Source: Candidatus Micrarchaeota archaeon | Lineage (GTDB): Archaea; Micrarchaeota; Micrarchaeia; Micrarchaeales; Micrarchaeaceae | Length of the DNA: 64,000 nucleotides | Assembly (NCBI GenBank): GCA_021821445.1 | Contig: JAKACK010000002.1 | Coordinates: 3,224-67,223, forward strand | Direction: 5' to 3' | Part shown: in pieces, positions 46,012 to 56,572 of the stretch | How the letters are laid out: each line of letters opens with the position of its first letter | Numbering within the stretch: the first letter of the stretch is position 1 | Made by a program: the position numbers and the translations under genes | The notes under the pieces: model-generated | Database searches by the model: none | What the model was told of the DNA's origin: nothing | What the model saw: the letters and a program-made list of their open reading frames with translations, nothing else

Positions 46012-49000
46012 ATGAGTGCGATTCTTGCTATAATAATTGCGTTTATAACTCTGTTTGTACCTGGAGAGTTATTAGCGTTAGCACTTTTGAATAAAACTAA
46101 ACTTAATTTAATTGAAATATCTGTAATCGGATTTATATTTGGCCTTATAGCTGTTCCTACCTTAACATGGATAGAATCTTACTTTATGTTTGTAATACAC
46201 TTTTTCGCATTCTCATTAGGTTTATTTGAAATAAATGCTGTTGTATTAACTATAATAGGTATCATCTTATGTTTTTATGATGGTATATTCTCAGTACCTA
46301 AAATAAAAGCATTTATAAGTGTCAATTCTATTGATAGAAGCCTATATAAACTAACAAATGAACAGGTACGTGAAAAACTTGTTTTGAGTGAAGAAGGTAA
46401 GGCATTAGTAGAAAAAGATAAATCCGCCGAATTAAAATTAGAAGAAGAGTATGAAAACGAATTATCAAAAGCAGAAGATGATCAAAAAGCGCAGATAGAG
46501 TCAAATTTTAAATCAAAGAAAACTGATTTAACCCTTCAACATAGAAATTCTGAGATAGTTTTGTTAAATAAAATAAACAAAGAAAAGGAGGGTAAAACAA
46601 CAGGAGAATCAAAACCATTCACGTCAAGAATAAAATCTAATTGGGTATATGCTGTATTGATAATAATAATGTTTATCTCATTTTATATTGGTATGATGAG
46701 CGAGGTAATTGCCCCTGTATTCTTCCAATTTGATCCTTATTTCTACATGCTATCAGCACAATCAATAATAACGTACGGTTACCAGTTACTTTATACACCT
46801 TATGCGTGGCCAGCTGTAACAAAAGGAGTTGTTTTAAGAGCACAACCTATTATACCTTATTTGAGCGCATATTGGTATAGTCTAGCTAATTATTTAGGTC
46901 CGCATTATACAACGTTCAGTACATCATTGATGGCTTATGCTTCAAGTTTCTACCCACCAATAGTAGGTGCTTTGTTAGTTTTTGTAATATTCATGCTATT
47001 GTATAGAGAATACAATAAGTATATAGCGTTGATAGGTGCAGCTTTAACTGCAACTATGCCAATACTAGTCACAGAATTTACTGCAGGAATGCAGTTGACA
47101 GAACCTTGGGGTATATTTTCATTATTCTTCTTCTTTATGGCTTATTTACTAGCTGTTAAAGATATGAAAAGTACAAGACTTGCAATTTTTGCTGGTATAG
47201 CATTCGCATCTACATTCTTAGGAGCTCACTATTATACTGTAGATATGGGAGTTTTAGCATTATACATACTTATTGAAGGAATAATAGACTTATTGATGAG
47301 AAAGGGTATCTCAAAAGATTTCTATAAAATGAATATAAAGGTAATAGCAGTAATAGCTGTATTCCTAGCAATATACATGCCTTATCATGCAACATTCAGT
47401 GAATCAGTACCAAAGATATTAGGTATACCACTTACAGTTGCAGGACCTGCATTAGCATTGCTATTAATTGCAATAATGGATTATGGTCCTAAATTACTCA
47501 ATAAGTACCAGATAATTTTTCATACATTGGACAAAAAAGTTTATGCAGAATGGATCGGTTTAATAATAATAATAACTTTGATAGCTATAGTAACAACACC
47601 ACTAGGAAAGCCTGTAATTAAAATTATTGAATTGAGTAAAAAGTTTACTACTCCCTCATCTGCTCTATTTATGACTGTTGCAGAATATGAACCTTCTGGT
47701 TTGATGTTTAATTTTGGATTAAATGGATTCGGATTTATCGGTTCATCTGTATTTGGAGTTCCAATCATGGTTTGGTTAGTCTCTATAATTTCGATTGTAC
47801 TTATACTAGCGGGTATAATATATAGGAGAAGCGAAACTGGTGTATTTTATCTCGCTATCGCTATACCTTTAATGTTTGCAGGATTCAGCGAAGTAGAATA
47901 CATGCCACACTTCGGAACCGCTTATATAATATTATTCTGTATAATACTAGGAGAATTAATCTATTTAGTAAAATCAAAGTTCAATTTCAAAAACGAATTG
48001 AATATAAACATAAATGATTTATACCACGATAATAAAGACTACGTATACGCAATTATGCTATTTGGTTTATTCTTTATCTCAACCATTTTAGGAATAATAG
48101 CAGCTGCCCTTTTGATATTCAAATACAAACATAATAATAACACAATGTTCGCAACATTAGGTGTATTCTTAGTAATATTAATAATAGGTTCAATAGCAAC
48201 AAATACAATATTATTAGGTGAATCAGCTTCATGGACAACAGCATTTTATGCACAGGCATTATATAACCCATCAAATCCAACTGCAAATAACGCTTGCGAT
48301 AGTTCAATTGGAGATGATCTATTCTGTAATACTGTCCCATCCTATTGGATAAGTTTAACAAACTGGATGAAAACAAATATAGGACCCTATGGACCAAGAG
48401 TTTTATCCTGGTGGGATTATGGAGATTGGATTAACTGGTTTGGTCACACAGATTCGGTTCTAAGAGGAGATAATGCAAATGCTAGTGAAGATTATGCAGT
48501 AGCAGCGAGTTACGTATTAGGCCCTAAATTCGGTTTCAATTCTACCCAAATGCAAAATATGATGGATGGAAATCAAACCGCATATGTTGTATTCGATAAG
48601 GGTATAATATCAAAATGGGGAGCTTTAGACTTCCTTGCATGCGTGGATATAAATGCAACCTCAGAGGCATATGCAATAAATGCAGGTAAAGCAGTTGGTG
48701 CACCTTATAAATTAGGTACATCACCATGTGAAATAGACCATGATCCACAATACAGTCTCGTGCCATTATCTGTACTTGAACCTAATTCAACATCATCTGT
48801 AAACCCTGCAGATTACTGTATATCAATATCAACCTCAACCGAAACCTATGCAAAGGTATACTTCATAACTAACGAATCATTAGGCAGTTCTCATTATTGT
48901 ATGAGCACTACACCAAATTCAAATGGTGCTGTACAATTATATTATAGTAATGGAACTGCAATGAATGCTTATATAAACTTAGGGGATTATGTTGGAGAAG

Positions 49001-49311
49001 AACCTCTAAATATAAATGGAACAGAAGAGACTTATGTAGAATATGAAAATATATACACACCTAATGGGCCAAATGACACAATAACAAATGCACCTTCATA
49101 TTATTACACTTCTAATTTCTACAAAGGATTTTTCTTAGGGAAATTAAAAGGATTCCATCAGGTTTATTCGTATGTAAATGATACAAAAGGGGTAAACGAT
49201 GTGAATTATACAGATCCAATAAGATTATTTGAATTGAATAATTTCACAGGGAAACTTCCTCCTGTACCTGTAAAGCCAAGTTTCATAGTAAATAATATGA
49301 CTATGCCATGA
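46012..49311 (+). CDS. aglB: Oligosaccharyltransferase AglB (STT3 family)
   Basis: FDPYFY, TVAEY, SWWDYGDW, DK motif DKGIISK, many TM helices. Confidence 0.93.
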   Translation: MSAILAIIIAFITLFVPGELLALALLNKTKLNLIEISVIGFIFGLIAVPTLTWIESYFMFVIHFFAFSLGLFEINAVVLTIIGIILCFYDGIFSVPKIKAFISVNSIDRSLYKLTNEQVREKLVLSEEGKALVEKDKSAELKLEEEYENELSKAEDDQKAQIESNFKSKKTDLTLQHRNSEIVLLNKINKEKEGKTTGESKPFTSRIKSNWVYAVLIIIMFISFYIGMMSEVIAPVFFQFDPYFYMLSAQSIITYGYQLLYTPYAWPAVTKGVVLRAQPIIPYLSAYWYSLANYLGPHYTTFSTSLMAYASSFYPPIVGALLVFVIFMLLYREYNKYIALIGAALTATMPILVTEFTAGMQLTEPWGIFSLFFFFMAYLLAVKDMKSTRLAIFAGIAFASTFLGAHYYTVDMGVLALYILIEGIIDLLMRKGISKDFYKMNIKVIAVIAVFLAIYMPYHATFSESVPKILGIPLTVAGPALALLLIAIMDYGPKLLNKYQIIFHTLDKKVYAEWIGLIIIITLIAIVTTPLGKPVIKIIELSKKFTTPSSALFMTVAEYEPSGLMFNFGLNGFGFIGSSVFGVPIMVWLVSIISIVLILAGIIYRRSETGVFYLAIAIPLMFAGFSEVEYMPHFGTAYIILFCIILGELIYLVKSKFNFKNELNININDLYHDNKDYVYAIMLFGLFFISTILGIIAAALLIFKYKHNNNTMFATLGVFLVILIIGSIATNTILLGESASWTTAFYAQALYNPSNPTANNACDSSIGDDLFCNTVPSYWISLTNWMKTNIGPYGPRVLSWWDYGDWINWFGHTDSVLRGDNANASEDYAVAASYVLGPKFGFNSTQMQNMMDGNQTAYVVFDKGIISKWGALDFLACVDINATSEAYAINAGKAVGAPYKLGTSPCEIDHDPQYSLVPLSVLEPNSTSSVNPADYCISISTSTETYAKVYFITNESLGSSHYCMSTTPNSNGAVQLYYSNGTAMNAYINLGDYVGEEPLNINGTEETYVEYENIYTPNGPNDTITNAPSYYYTSNFYKGFFLGKLKGFHQVYSYVNDTKGVNDVNYTDPIRLFELNNFTGKLPPVPVKPSFIVNNMTMP

Positions 49312-49323
49312 AAATGGAAATAA

Positions 49324-49558
49324 TTTAAGTAGGTCTTAATAAACTATTTTTATTTTGCATTTAGCTCTAATAAATTGAATAATGCAATAAGGAAAAGTGA
49401 GTCAATCTTATTAACGAAAAGTCCCAATAACAGATATAGCAGAAGTCCTACCTGTAAGGGCTGTAGTAGTTCACTATAAAATTAAGTATTAATAAAGTGA
49501 ATTAAGTAAAAACATCAAAACTTATTACAGGTTCACATTTTCAGGATTAATACTTAAA
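49324..49558 (+). ncRNA. Candidate ~235-nt structured ncRNA of unknown family
   Basis: Closing helix 49324-37/49543-58 and five internal helices, plus a crossing pairing. G.U pairs favour the plus strand. Folded by eye. Confidence 0.6.
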
Positions 49559-49600
49559 AAATATTAAATAAAATTAATTTTCACCATCAAAAATTCTTAC

Positions 49601-50278
49601 TCATATCAACAACAATATTATTATGGCTATAAGGCTCCCAAACATACTAGCAAAGAAATTTGTACTATATTTAGTTCCAATATGCTTTTCTTCAAAGTAG
49701 CCTAATAAAGAATCAAACAAAGTTCCTGCTAGTCCACTAATAACTGCAGCAGCAAATAGCACAGAGGGATTAACTCCATGAATATACAAGAATGAATAAG
49801 CGAATAGGATTATTAAACCTATTAAAATAGCACCAACCAAACCTGCAAAAGTACCAAGAGGTGTTATACCTCCTGAGGTACCTTTTTTAACTCTTTTTAA
49901 TGTAAATAGCATTATAGGTTCTCCATCCAATACTCCTATTTCACTACTAAATTTATCGGCTGCGACTGCTGCAACACCCCCAACGAAGGCAAAAATTAAC
50001 GCTATAGGATAATTTAGGTAAAGAAAATAATAAAGAATAACTATTATAAGAGGCCATAAACCGTTTGCAATTACATTTTTTACTCCTCTACTATCTTCAA
50101 ATAATCTCTTTTCTATCTTATACTTTTTGCCTATAAAACTAACTATTGCTGATATTATTAAGAACCAAAACATCAATATGAAGAAAAAAAGTCCAAAAGC
50201 TCTTCCAAGTATTATCATTAATATACCAATCGCTAAGCCTAATATCGTAGCCTTCGGATTTAAAGTTAAAAAGTTCAT
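49601..50278 (-). CDS. DUF92 (TMEM19-like) membrane protein
   Basis: RGVKNVIANG, ADKFSSEIG, GTSGGITPLG, DSLLG, TNFF. Confidence 0.92.
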   Translation of the reverse strand: MNFLTLNPKATILGLAIGILMIILGRAFGLFFFILMFWFLIISAIVSFIGKKYKIEKRLFEDSRGVKNVIANGLWPLIIVILYYFLYLNYPIALIFAFVGGVAAVAADKFSSEIGVLDGEPIMLFTLKRVKKGTSGGITPLGTFAGLVGAILIGLIILFAYSFLYIHGVNPSVLFAAAVISGLAGTLFDSLLGYFEEKHIGTKYSTNFFASMFGSLIAIIILLLI

Positions 50279-50353
50279 ATTTAAGCCATTTTTTTATAAT
50301 TTTAAACAGTTCAATATAGAAATATTTTTAAATATTCAATAACTATTAATGTT

Positions 50354-50426
50354 AGTTCTATACTGTGGAAGGTCATAGAACTGGTCGCCTTGTCAGCACA
50401 AGAAGTGTGCTGACCTATTCCTTTTT
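50354..50426 (+). ncRNA. Candidate ~73-nt two-hairpin ncRNA
   Basis: Stems AGTTCTAT/ATAGAACT and GTCAGCACA/TGTGCTGAC, 3' U-tract, TATA TTTAAATA at 50327-50334. Confidence 0.55.
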
Positions 50427-50497
50427 ACTAAATTATATTTGGAATAAACTATTATATATTTTCTTTATTAATTATATTATTGTTCTAATCATAGAGG

Positions 50498-51457
50498 ATG
50501 TTTAATATGGCAAAAGAAAAAGCAGTGCGCGAAATTGAAGATTTGCCTGGAATAGGCGAAGCTACCGCTGAAAAGTTGCGCAATGCAGGTATCGATTCAT
50601 TAGATAAAATTGCAGTATATGCACCACACGATTTATCCGATTTAGTAGGTATAAATGTAGAAGCCGCAAAAAAAGCTATAATCGCAGCCCAAGAAGCAAC
50701 AACTATAGAGTATTCTACCGGAAGTGAAGTTAACGAAATTAGAAAAGAATTGGGTAAGATATCAACCAATTCAAAGAGCCTTGACGAATTGATTGGAGGA
50801 GGAATTGAGACGAACGCTATAACAGAGGTTTATGGTAAATTTGCATCTGGAAAAACACAGCTTGGCTTCCAGCTATCTGTAAATGCCCAATTACCAAAAG
50901 ATAAGGGGGGTCTTGATGGCAATGTTCTATTCATAGATACAGAAGGTACTTTTAGACCTGAAAGAATAGAAGCGATAGCATTAAACAAAGAGCTCGATCC
51001 CGAAAAGACATTAGGAAATATATACGTTGTCAGAGCAATAACAACAGACCAACAAGTCTTAACCGTAGAAAGGGCAGATAAATTGATAACTGAAAAGAAT
51101 ATAAAGCTTATAGTTGTTGATTCATTAACTGCGTTATTCAGATCTGAATTTGTGGGAAGAGGAGCATTAGGAGAAAGGCAACAGAAATTGAATTCTCATA
51201 TACACAGATTGCAGCAATTATCTGATAAATTTAATATTGCAATTTACGTAACAAATCAAGTTATGGATAATCCAGGTATATTATTTGGGGATCCAACTAC
51301 ACCTATAGGAGGGAATGTATTAGCGCATGCAGCTACAACTAGATTATATTTCAGGAAAAGCAAAGAGGATAAAAGGATAGTTAGATTGGTTGATTCTCCA
51401 AGCATGCCAGATGGTGAATGTGTTATAAAAGTAACACCTAATGGCATAAGCGATTAA
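50498..51457 (+). CDS. radA: DNA repair and recombination protein RadA
   Basis: EDLPGIG HhH, GKFASGKT, IDTEGTFRPER, VVDS, GRGALGERQQ, TNQV, GGNVLAHA. Confidence 0.98.
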   Translation: MFNMAKEKAVREIEDLPGIGEATAEKLRNAGIDSLDKIAVYAPHDLSDLVGINVEAAKKAIIAAQEATTIEYSTGSEVNEIRKELGKISTNSKSLDELIGGGIETNAITEVYGKFASGKTQLGFQLSVNAQLPKDKGGLDGNVLFIDTEGTFRPERIEAIALNKELDPEKTLGNIYVVRAITTDQQVLTVERADKLITEKNIKLIVVDSLTALFRSEFVGRGALGERQQKLNSHIHRLQQLSDKFNIAIYVTNQVMDNPGILFGDPTTPIGGNVLAHAATTRLYFRKSKEDKRIVRLVDSPSMPDGECVIKVTPNGISD

Positions 51458-51461
51458 AAAT

Positions 51462-51929
51462 TCAATCAAGTGCATTCTTAAAACTAATTGAAAGCTCCCT
51501 ACCCTCATAAAATGAGTGTAAAAATACAGCTACTGCAGATACTGAAGAGTGCGGTTGTTTAGTTATGCTTATAGTAAAATCAGATAGTTCATTTAAATAA
51601 TTCAAATCCTTACTTGACACTACTAAAATAAGATTGCGGTAATTCCTTAACACTCTTATATTATCCTTAAGCATTTTACCTCCTAATGTAAGATAAACTG
51701 TTTTGTAAACCCGTTTCTCTCTTAATAAGGATCTTCCATTGGCATTAAATTTTACTTCAAATTCTCCTCCCATGGATTTATTTATTTTATTTATATATCT
51801 CTTAATTTTTTTATAATCTATTTTAGGATCGGTGAATACTATAGAAGACGCCCCAAAAGCCCTGGAGGTTAGAGATAGGTCTAAAGCGGTATCATAGTCA
51901 TAATTTCCAAAGACTGCAACAATAATCAA
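51462..51929 (-). CDS. trm56: Divergent tRNA (cytidine56-2'-O)-methyltransferase-like protein
   Basis: LTSRAFGA, MGG.F, YLT..G, QPHS.V.A.AVFL, FKNA. The conserved RLGHR..RDKR motif is missing. Confidence 0.7.
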   Translation of the reverse strand: MIIVAVFGNYDYDTALDLSLTSRAFGASSIVFTDPKIDYKKIKRYINKINKSMGGEFEVKFNANGRSLLREKRVYKTVYLTLGGKMLKDNIRVLRNYRNLILVVSSKDLNYLNELSDFTISITKQPHSSVSAVAVFLHSFYEGRELSISFKNALD

Positions 51930-52014
51930 TAAATCATCATTATTTAAAATACTAATAAATTATATAAAACTTTTATATAATCAATGTGATTTAAGCTGAT
52001 TTATTAACGTGTTA

Positions 52015-52034
52015 ACCGCATTCTCTATAGCGGT
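52015..52034 (-). terminator. GC-rich hairpin just after gyrA stop (ACCGC/GCGGT)
   Basis: Short inverted repeat in AT-rich intergenic DNA. Role is inferred. Confidence 0.3.
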
Positions 52035-52045
52035 ATAAGAGCATA

Positions 52046-54472
52046 TCATTGAATTAGCTCTTCTTGTTTGCTTATTATCATTGCGGTGGCTACAACATCT
52101 CCCTCATTTCTATTTATTAATCTCACTCCGCTTGCATTTCTACCCGTTTTTCTAACACCACTTGCTTTAAACTGTATAGACATACCTTTTTTAGTCATAA
52201 GCATTAATACATCATCAGGTTTTGTTGCTAATGCCATAACCACATTTCCTGTCTTATTGTTTATCTTTAAATTCCTTACTCCTTTTCCTCCACGTTTCTG
52301 AAGTCTATATTTGTCTATTTCTGTAGCTTTTCCATAACCATTTTCCGTGAACGTGAGTACATAGTTATCTTTATAAGCAGTTATAAGGTTCTTTACTTTA
52401 TCGTTATCTTTAAGCCTTATACCTATTACTCCGCGAGCATTTCTACCTAGAGCTCTAAAGCCATTTTCATTAAATCTTAACGCAGTTCCTTTTTCTGTTA
52501 TTATGACTATCTCGGAATCTCCATTAGAAAGTACAACATCTGCAATTGTATCATCCCCCTTTAATGAAAGTGCTCTTATACCTTTAGTTCTTGGATGTGA
52601 GAATAATTCAGCATTTGTTTTCTTTATAATTCCATTAGTTGTTATAAATATTATAAATTTGTTTTGGAACTCCTTTGTATTTATCATGTTGTTTATTTTC
52701 TCCCCTTCGCTAAGCTTTATAAGATTAACAGCCGCTTTACCCGAAGCATATCTGCTTCCTTCAGGTACGTTGTAAGATTTTAGCCAGTATGCTCTACCTT
52801 TGTTAGTTATAAATAATAGATAATCCTTTGTCTTACACTCTATACTTTGTTTTATAAAGTCACCTTCCTTTAAGCCTATTGTTGTAACTCCTCTTCCTCC
52901 CCTTCTTTGAGATCTGTATTCATTAGCATTTATTCTTTTTAGATAGCCCTCATTGGTTAGTATTATAACTTCATCTTCATCTTTTATTAAATCTTCATCA
53001 GTTATATCCATCATTCCAAGATTTAGCTCAATTTCTGTTTGTCTCTCCTTTCCATATCTATTTTTTATCTGAATGGTCTCTTCCTTTATTATCTTATAAA
53101 TTTCCTCCTCGTTGTTTAAAATATTATGATAGTAATCTATATTTCCTATCAATGTCTTATTTTCTGCTTCTAAAGCAGATTTTTCTAAATTCGTAAGTTT
53201 GCTAAGTTTCATATCCAATATAGCTGAAGCTTGTTTATCCGATAATTCATATTTTTCCATTATTGAAGTTTTAGCCTCTTTTGTGTCTGAACTTGCTTTT
53301 ATTGTAGATATTATAGCATCTATATTTTCAATCGCAACCAACAAACCTTTTACTATATGTAATCTATCCTCTGCAACCTTAAGATCATATTCAGTCCTAT
53401 TCTTTATAACCGAAATCCTATGCTCTACAAATATCTTTATAAAGTTGCGAAGATTCAATGTGAGAAGCCTATTACCCATAACTGCTATATTCATCACAGG
53501 TAACGAAAGCTGTAATTGTGTGTGTTTGAATAACAAGTTCATAACAAATTCAGGGTCAACATCCTTTTTAGTTTCAATAAATACCCTTATACCCTTTTTA
53601 TCGCTTTCATCCCTTAATCCAGATATAGTCGTTATTACCTTATTTTTTACTAAGTCACCTATCTTCTGTACAAGAGCCGCCTTATTTACAGTATAGGGTA
53701 TTTCAGTTATAATTATAGCGTTTCTTGAATTTATCGTCTCTATATGGTATTTTGCTCTAATTATAACACTACCTCTTCCTGTAATATAAGATCTTCTAAG
53801 GTTATCTGTATCAAATACAACTCCGCCAGTTGGAAAATCAGGACCTTTTACATATTTAAGAAGTTCTTCAGAAGTAATTTCTTTATTATCAATATAAGCT
53901 ATAATTGCATCTGAAACCTCATTTAAGTTATGGGGTAGTATATTTGTTGCCACACCAACAGCAATTCCTGATGATCCATTAAGCAAAAGGTTAGGTATTT
54001 TTGATGGCAAAACCACCGGTTCTTTTTCTGTGTTATCGAAGTTTGGTACAAAAGGGACTGCATTTTTATCAAGGTCCTCCAGCATTTCTTCTGCAATTCT
54101 CCTCAATCTTACTTCAGTATACCTTTGTGCAGCAGCAGGGTCTCCATCTATAGATCCCATATTACCTTGCCCTTCAACAAGCATGTAGTTCATTGAAAAA
54201 TCCTGCGCCATTCTAACTAATGTTTCATAAGCAGCGCTATCTCCATGAGGATGGTATTTACCAATAACCTCTCCAACAATTCTAGCACTTTTCTTAGTTT
54301 GTTGGTCATGAAGATTATTTATCCTATACATTGCATAAAGTATTCTCCTTTGTGCAGGTTTTAATCCATCACGAGCATCAGGCAATGCTCTGCCCTCTAT
54401 AACACTCATCGCATAATCGATGTAACTCTTTTGCATCTCATTTTCTATTGCAACCTCAATATTCTCTGCCAT
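52046..54472 (-). CDS. gyrA: DNA gyrase subunit A
   Basis: RDGLKP, YHPHGD, AAQRYT (catalytic Tyr), GyrA-box QRRGGRG, beta-pinwheel CTD. Confidence 0.98.
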   Translation of the reverse strand: MAENIEVAIENEMQKSYIDYAMSVIEGRALPDARDGLKPAQRRILYAMYRINNLHDQQTKKSARIVGEVIGKYHPHGDSAAYETLVRMAQDFSMNYMLVEGQGNMGSIDGDPAAAQRYTEVRLRRIAEEMLEDLDKNAVPFVPNFDNTEKEPVVLPSKIPNLLLNGSSGIAVGVATNILPHNLNEVSDAIIAYIDNKEITSEELLKYVKGPDFPTGGVVFDTDNLRRSYITGRGSVIIRAKYHIETINSRNAIIITEIPYTVNKAALVQKIGDLVKNKVITTISGLRDESDKKGIRVFIETKKDVDPEFVMNLLFKHTQLQLSLPVMNIAVMGNRLLTLNLRNFIKIFVEHRISVIKNRTEYDLKVAEDRLHIVKGLLVAIENIDAIISTIKASSDTKEAKTSIMEKYELSDKQASAILDMKLSKLTNLEKSALEAENKTLIGNIDYYHNILNNEEEIYKIIKEETIQIKNRYGKERQTEIELNLGMMDITDEDLIKDEDEVIILTNEGYLKRINANEYRSQRRGGRGVTTIGLKEGDFIKQSIECKTKDYLLFITNKGRAYWLKSYNVPEGSRYASGKAAVNLIKLSEGEKINNMINTKEFQNKFIIFITTNGIIKKTNAELFSHPRTKGIRALSLKGDDTIADVVLSNGDSEIVIITEKGTALRFNENGFRALGRNARGVIGIRLKDNDKVKNLITAYKDNYVLTFTENGYGKATEIDKYRLQKRGGKGVRNLKINNKTGNVVMALATKPDDVLMLMTKKGMSIQFKASGVRKTGRNASGVRLINRNEGDVVATAMIISKQEELIQ

Positions 54473-54479
54473 ATAATCA

Positions 54480-56381
54480 TCATATATCTAAGAAAGAAAC
54501 TTCTGTAGAATGTGCTTCTAAGAACTTTCTCCTATCTTCAACATTAGCACCCATAAGGGTATTAAATATAGAATTGGCCAATTCAGCATCCTTTATTAAA
54601 ATCTTTTTGAGAATTCTATTTTCAGGATTCATTGTAGTCTCCCATAATTGATCAGGATTCATTTCTCCCAATCCCTTGTATCTGTTTACAATTCCCTTAC
54701 CGTTGTTAGCTTCAAGAATTTTATTTAGCTGATCATCACTATAAGCGTATTTTATTTCTTTACCCATTACTATCTTATACAACGGAGGTTGAGCGGAATA
54801 TACATAACCTCTTTCAATTATCTCTTTTAAATACCTATAAAAGAATGTCAACAGTAATGTTTCTATATGGCTACCATCAACATCTGCATCTGTAAGGAAT
54901 ATTATCTTATGGTATCTCACGTTATCAGCATTAAATGAATCTTTAATGCCCGTACCTAAAGCGGTAACTAAGGTATGAAGTTCAGCATTAGCAAATATCT
55001 TTTCGGTAGATGCTTTTTCTACATTTAAAACTTTACCCCTTAGAGGCATTATAGCTTGGAACATTCTATCACGCCCTTGCTTACTAGAACCAGCTGCGCT
55101 ATCCCCCTCTACTATGAATATCTCAGATTTTGAAGGGTCATTTTCAGTACAATCAGCCAATTTTCCAGGTAATACAGAACCTTCAAATAAGCTTTTCTTT
55201 CTCGCTAACTCCCTTGCCCTCTTTGCAGCTTCTCTCGCTTCTGAAGCCCTTACGATTTTTTCAATTATTTTGTTTGCCTCCGTTGGGTTCTCTTCTAAGT
55301 AATAATTTAATTCAGTATAAACTGCATTTTCAACTATCTGTTTTACATAAGTATTTCCTAACTTTTCTTTAGTTTGACCCTCAAACTCGGGATTTTCCAT
55401 CAACACAGAAACTATACCTATTAACCCTTCTCTAGTATCCTCTCCTTCTATATTTGGAAGACTCTTTTTCCCAATATTTTTCTGTATGTAACTTGCTATT
55501 GACCTAGTCAATGCAGAGTGCAATCCAGAAACATGCATACCTCCTTCAGGTGTCTTTATATTATTAACAAATGATAAAAGTTCTTCACTATAAGATTTAA
55601 CATACTGCAAAGCAACACTAACTTTTAAGCTGTCAACTTCCTTTGTTATAACTATGGGTTTTGATATCTCTTCTTTATTATCCCTAATATAAGCAATGAA
55701 ATCCTCTACTCCCTTTTCAGAATAAAAGGTTTTTTCACTGACATTATCATCTCTAGCATCTACAAGAGTGATTTTTAGTCCAGGATTAAGGAAAGTTATA
55801 TCTCTAAGTCTATCAATTAACGCAACAGTATCAAATGAACTCACTGAAAATATCTCTTTATCAGGTTTAAATTTCATTGTAGTTCCACTTTCCTTTGTAT
55901 CACCTATTACTTTTAATTCTGATATAGGCAAACCCCTACTAAATTGCTGCTCATATACCTTTCCTTCTTTTTTTACTGTAACCTGTACATATTCAGATAA
56001 AGCATTCACAACAGTGACTCCAACTCCATGCAATCCTCCTGATACTTTGTATGTTTTATTGTTGAACTTAGCTCCTGAATGCAGTGATGTCATTATAACT
56101 TCAAGTGCAGGCTTATTTAAACCGGGCATTATATCTACAGGAATACCTCTTCCGTCATCTGAAACTTCTGCAACATCCATGTTGTCTTCGTTTGTAAGTT
56201 TTATATATATATTTTTGCAATAACCTGCAGTTGCTTCATCAACTGAGTTATCTATAACTTCATATAGCAAATGTGTAAAACCAGAACTTCCTGTAGAACC
56301 TATATACATACCAGGTCTTTTTCTTATTCCTTGTGCACCTGTGAGCACTACAATATCCTTAGCACTATAATCATTATCCAA
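54480..56381 (-). CDS. gyrB: DNA gyrase subunit B
   Basis: [52 protein letters not shown]. Confidence 0.98.
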   Translation of the reverse strand: MDNDYSAKDIVVLTGAQGIRKRPGMYIGSTGSSGFTHLLYEVIDNSVDEATAGYCKNIYIKLTNEDNMDVAEVSDDGRGIPVDIMPGLNKPALEVIMTSLHSGAKFNNKTYKVSGGLHGVGVTVVNALSEYVQVTVKKEGKVYEQQFSRGLPISELKVIGDTKESGTTMKFKPDKEIFSVSSFDTVALIDRLRDITFLNPGLKITLVDARDDNVSEKTFYSEKGVEDFIAYIRDNKEEISKPIVITKEVDSLKVSVALQYVKSYSEELLSFVNNIKTPEGGMHVSGLHSALTRSIASYIQKNIGKKSLPNIEGEDTREGLIGIVSVLMENPEFEGQTKEKLGNTYVKQIVENAVYTELNYYLEENPTEANKIIEKIVRASEAREAAKRARELARKKSLFEGSVLPGKLADCTENDPSKSEIFIVEGDSAAGSSKQGRDRMFQAIMPLRGKVLNVEKASTEKIFANAELHTLVTALGTGIKDSFNADNVRYHKIIFLTDADVDGSHIETLLLTFFYRYLKEIIERGYVYSAQPPLYKIVMGKEIKYAYSDDQLNKILEANNGKGIVNRYKGLGEMNPDQLWETTMNPENRILKKILIKDAELANSIFNTLMGANVEDRRKFLEAHSTEVSFLDI

Positions 56382-56422
56382 TTTATCACCAAAAAAGATT
56401 AATTTTATACATATAATATTAC

Positions 56423-56528
56423 AATGTCAGCCTTTTAATTCTTTCTCACAATTGCTGTCATTACCTTCGACGACAAAAATATTAATGAAAAACCCTAATA
56501 AATATCTAATATAATACCGTCGTCAAAA
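56423..56528 (-). ncRNA. Candidate structured leader/sRNA upstream of gyrB
   Basis: 12-bp helix UUUUGACGACGG/UUGUCGUCGAAG with four G.U pairs on the minus strand, followed by helix AAUGACAGC/GCUGACAUU. Confidence 0.45.
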
Positions 56529-56572
56529 TCATAAAAATAAGAAATAATAATTTCAATTAAAAATCTAAAGAT

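Noticed and set aside
49390-49450. RNase P RNA, hammerhead, group I intron or cobalamin riboswitch identity for the 235-nt element
   Set aside because: Only partial look-alikes (GAAAAGUCCC, UGAGUC..ACGAAA, AGAUAUAG, CUGUAA). The required partner motifs are absent or out of order.
53199-53696. Long antisense ORFs (also 2805-3218, 55768-56223, 30742-31101 and others)
   Set aside because: Shadow frames opposite well-supported genes, with Phe/Ser/Ile-rich mirror composition.
52046-56381. Bacterial-type gyrase as contamination or a novelty
   Set aside because: It has the same SD style and composition as its archaeal neighbours, and gyrase is established in several archaeal groups.
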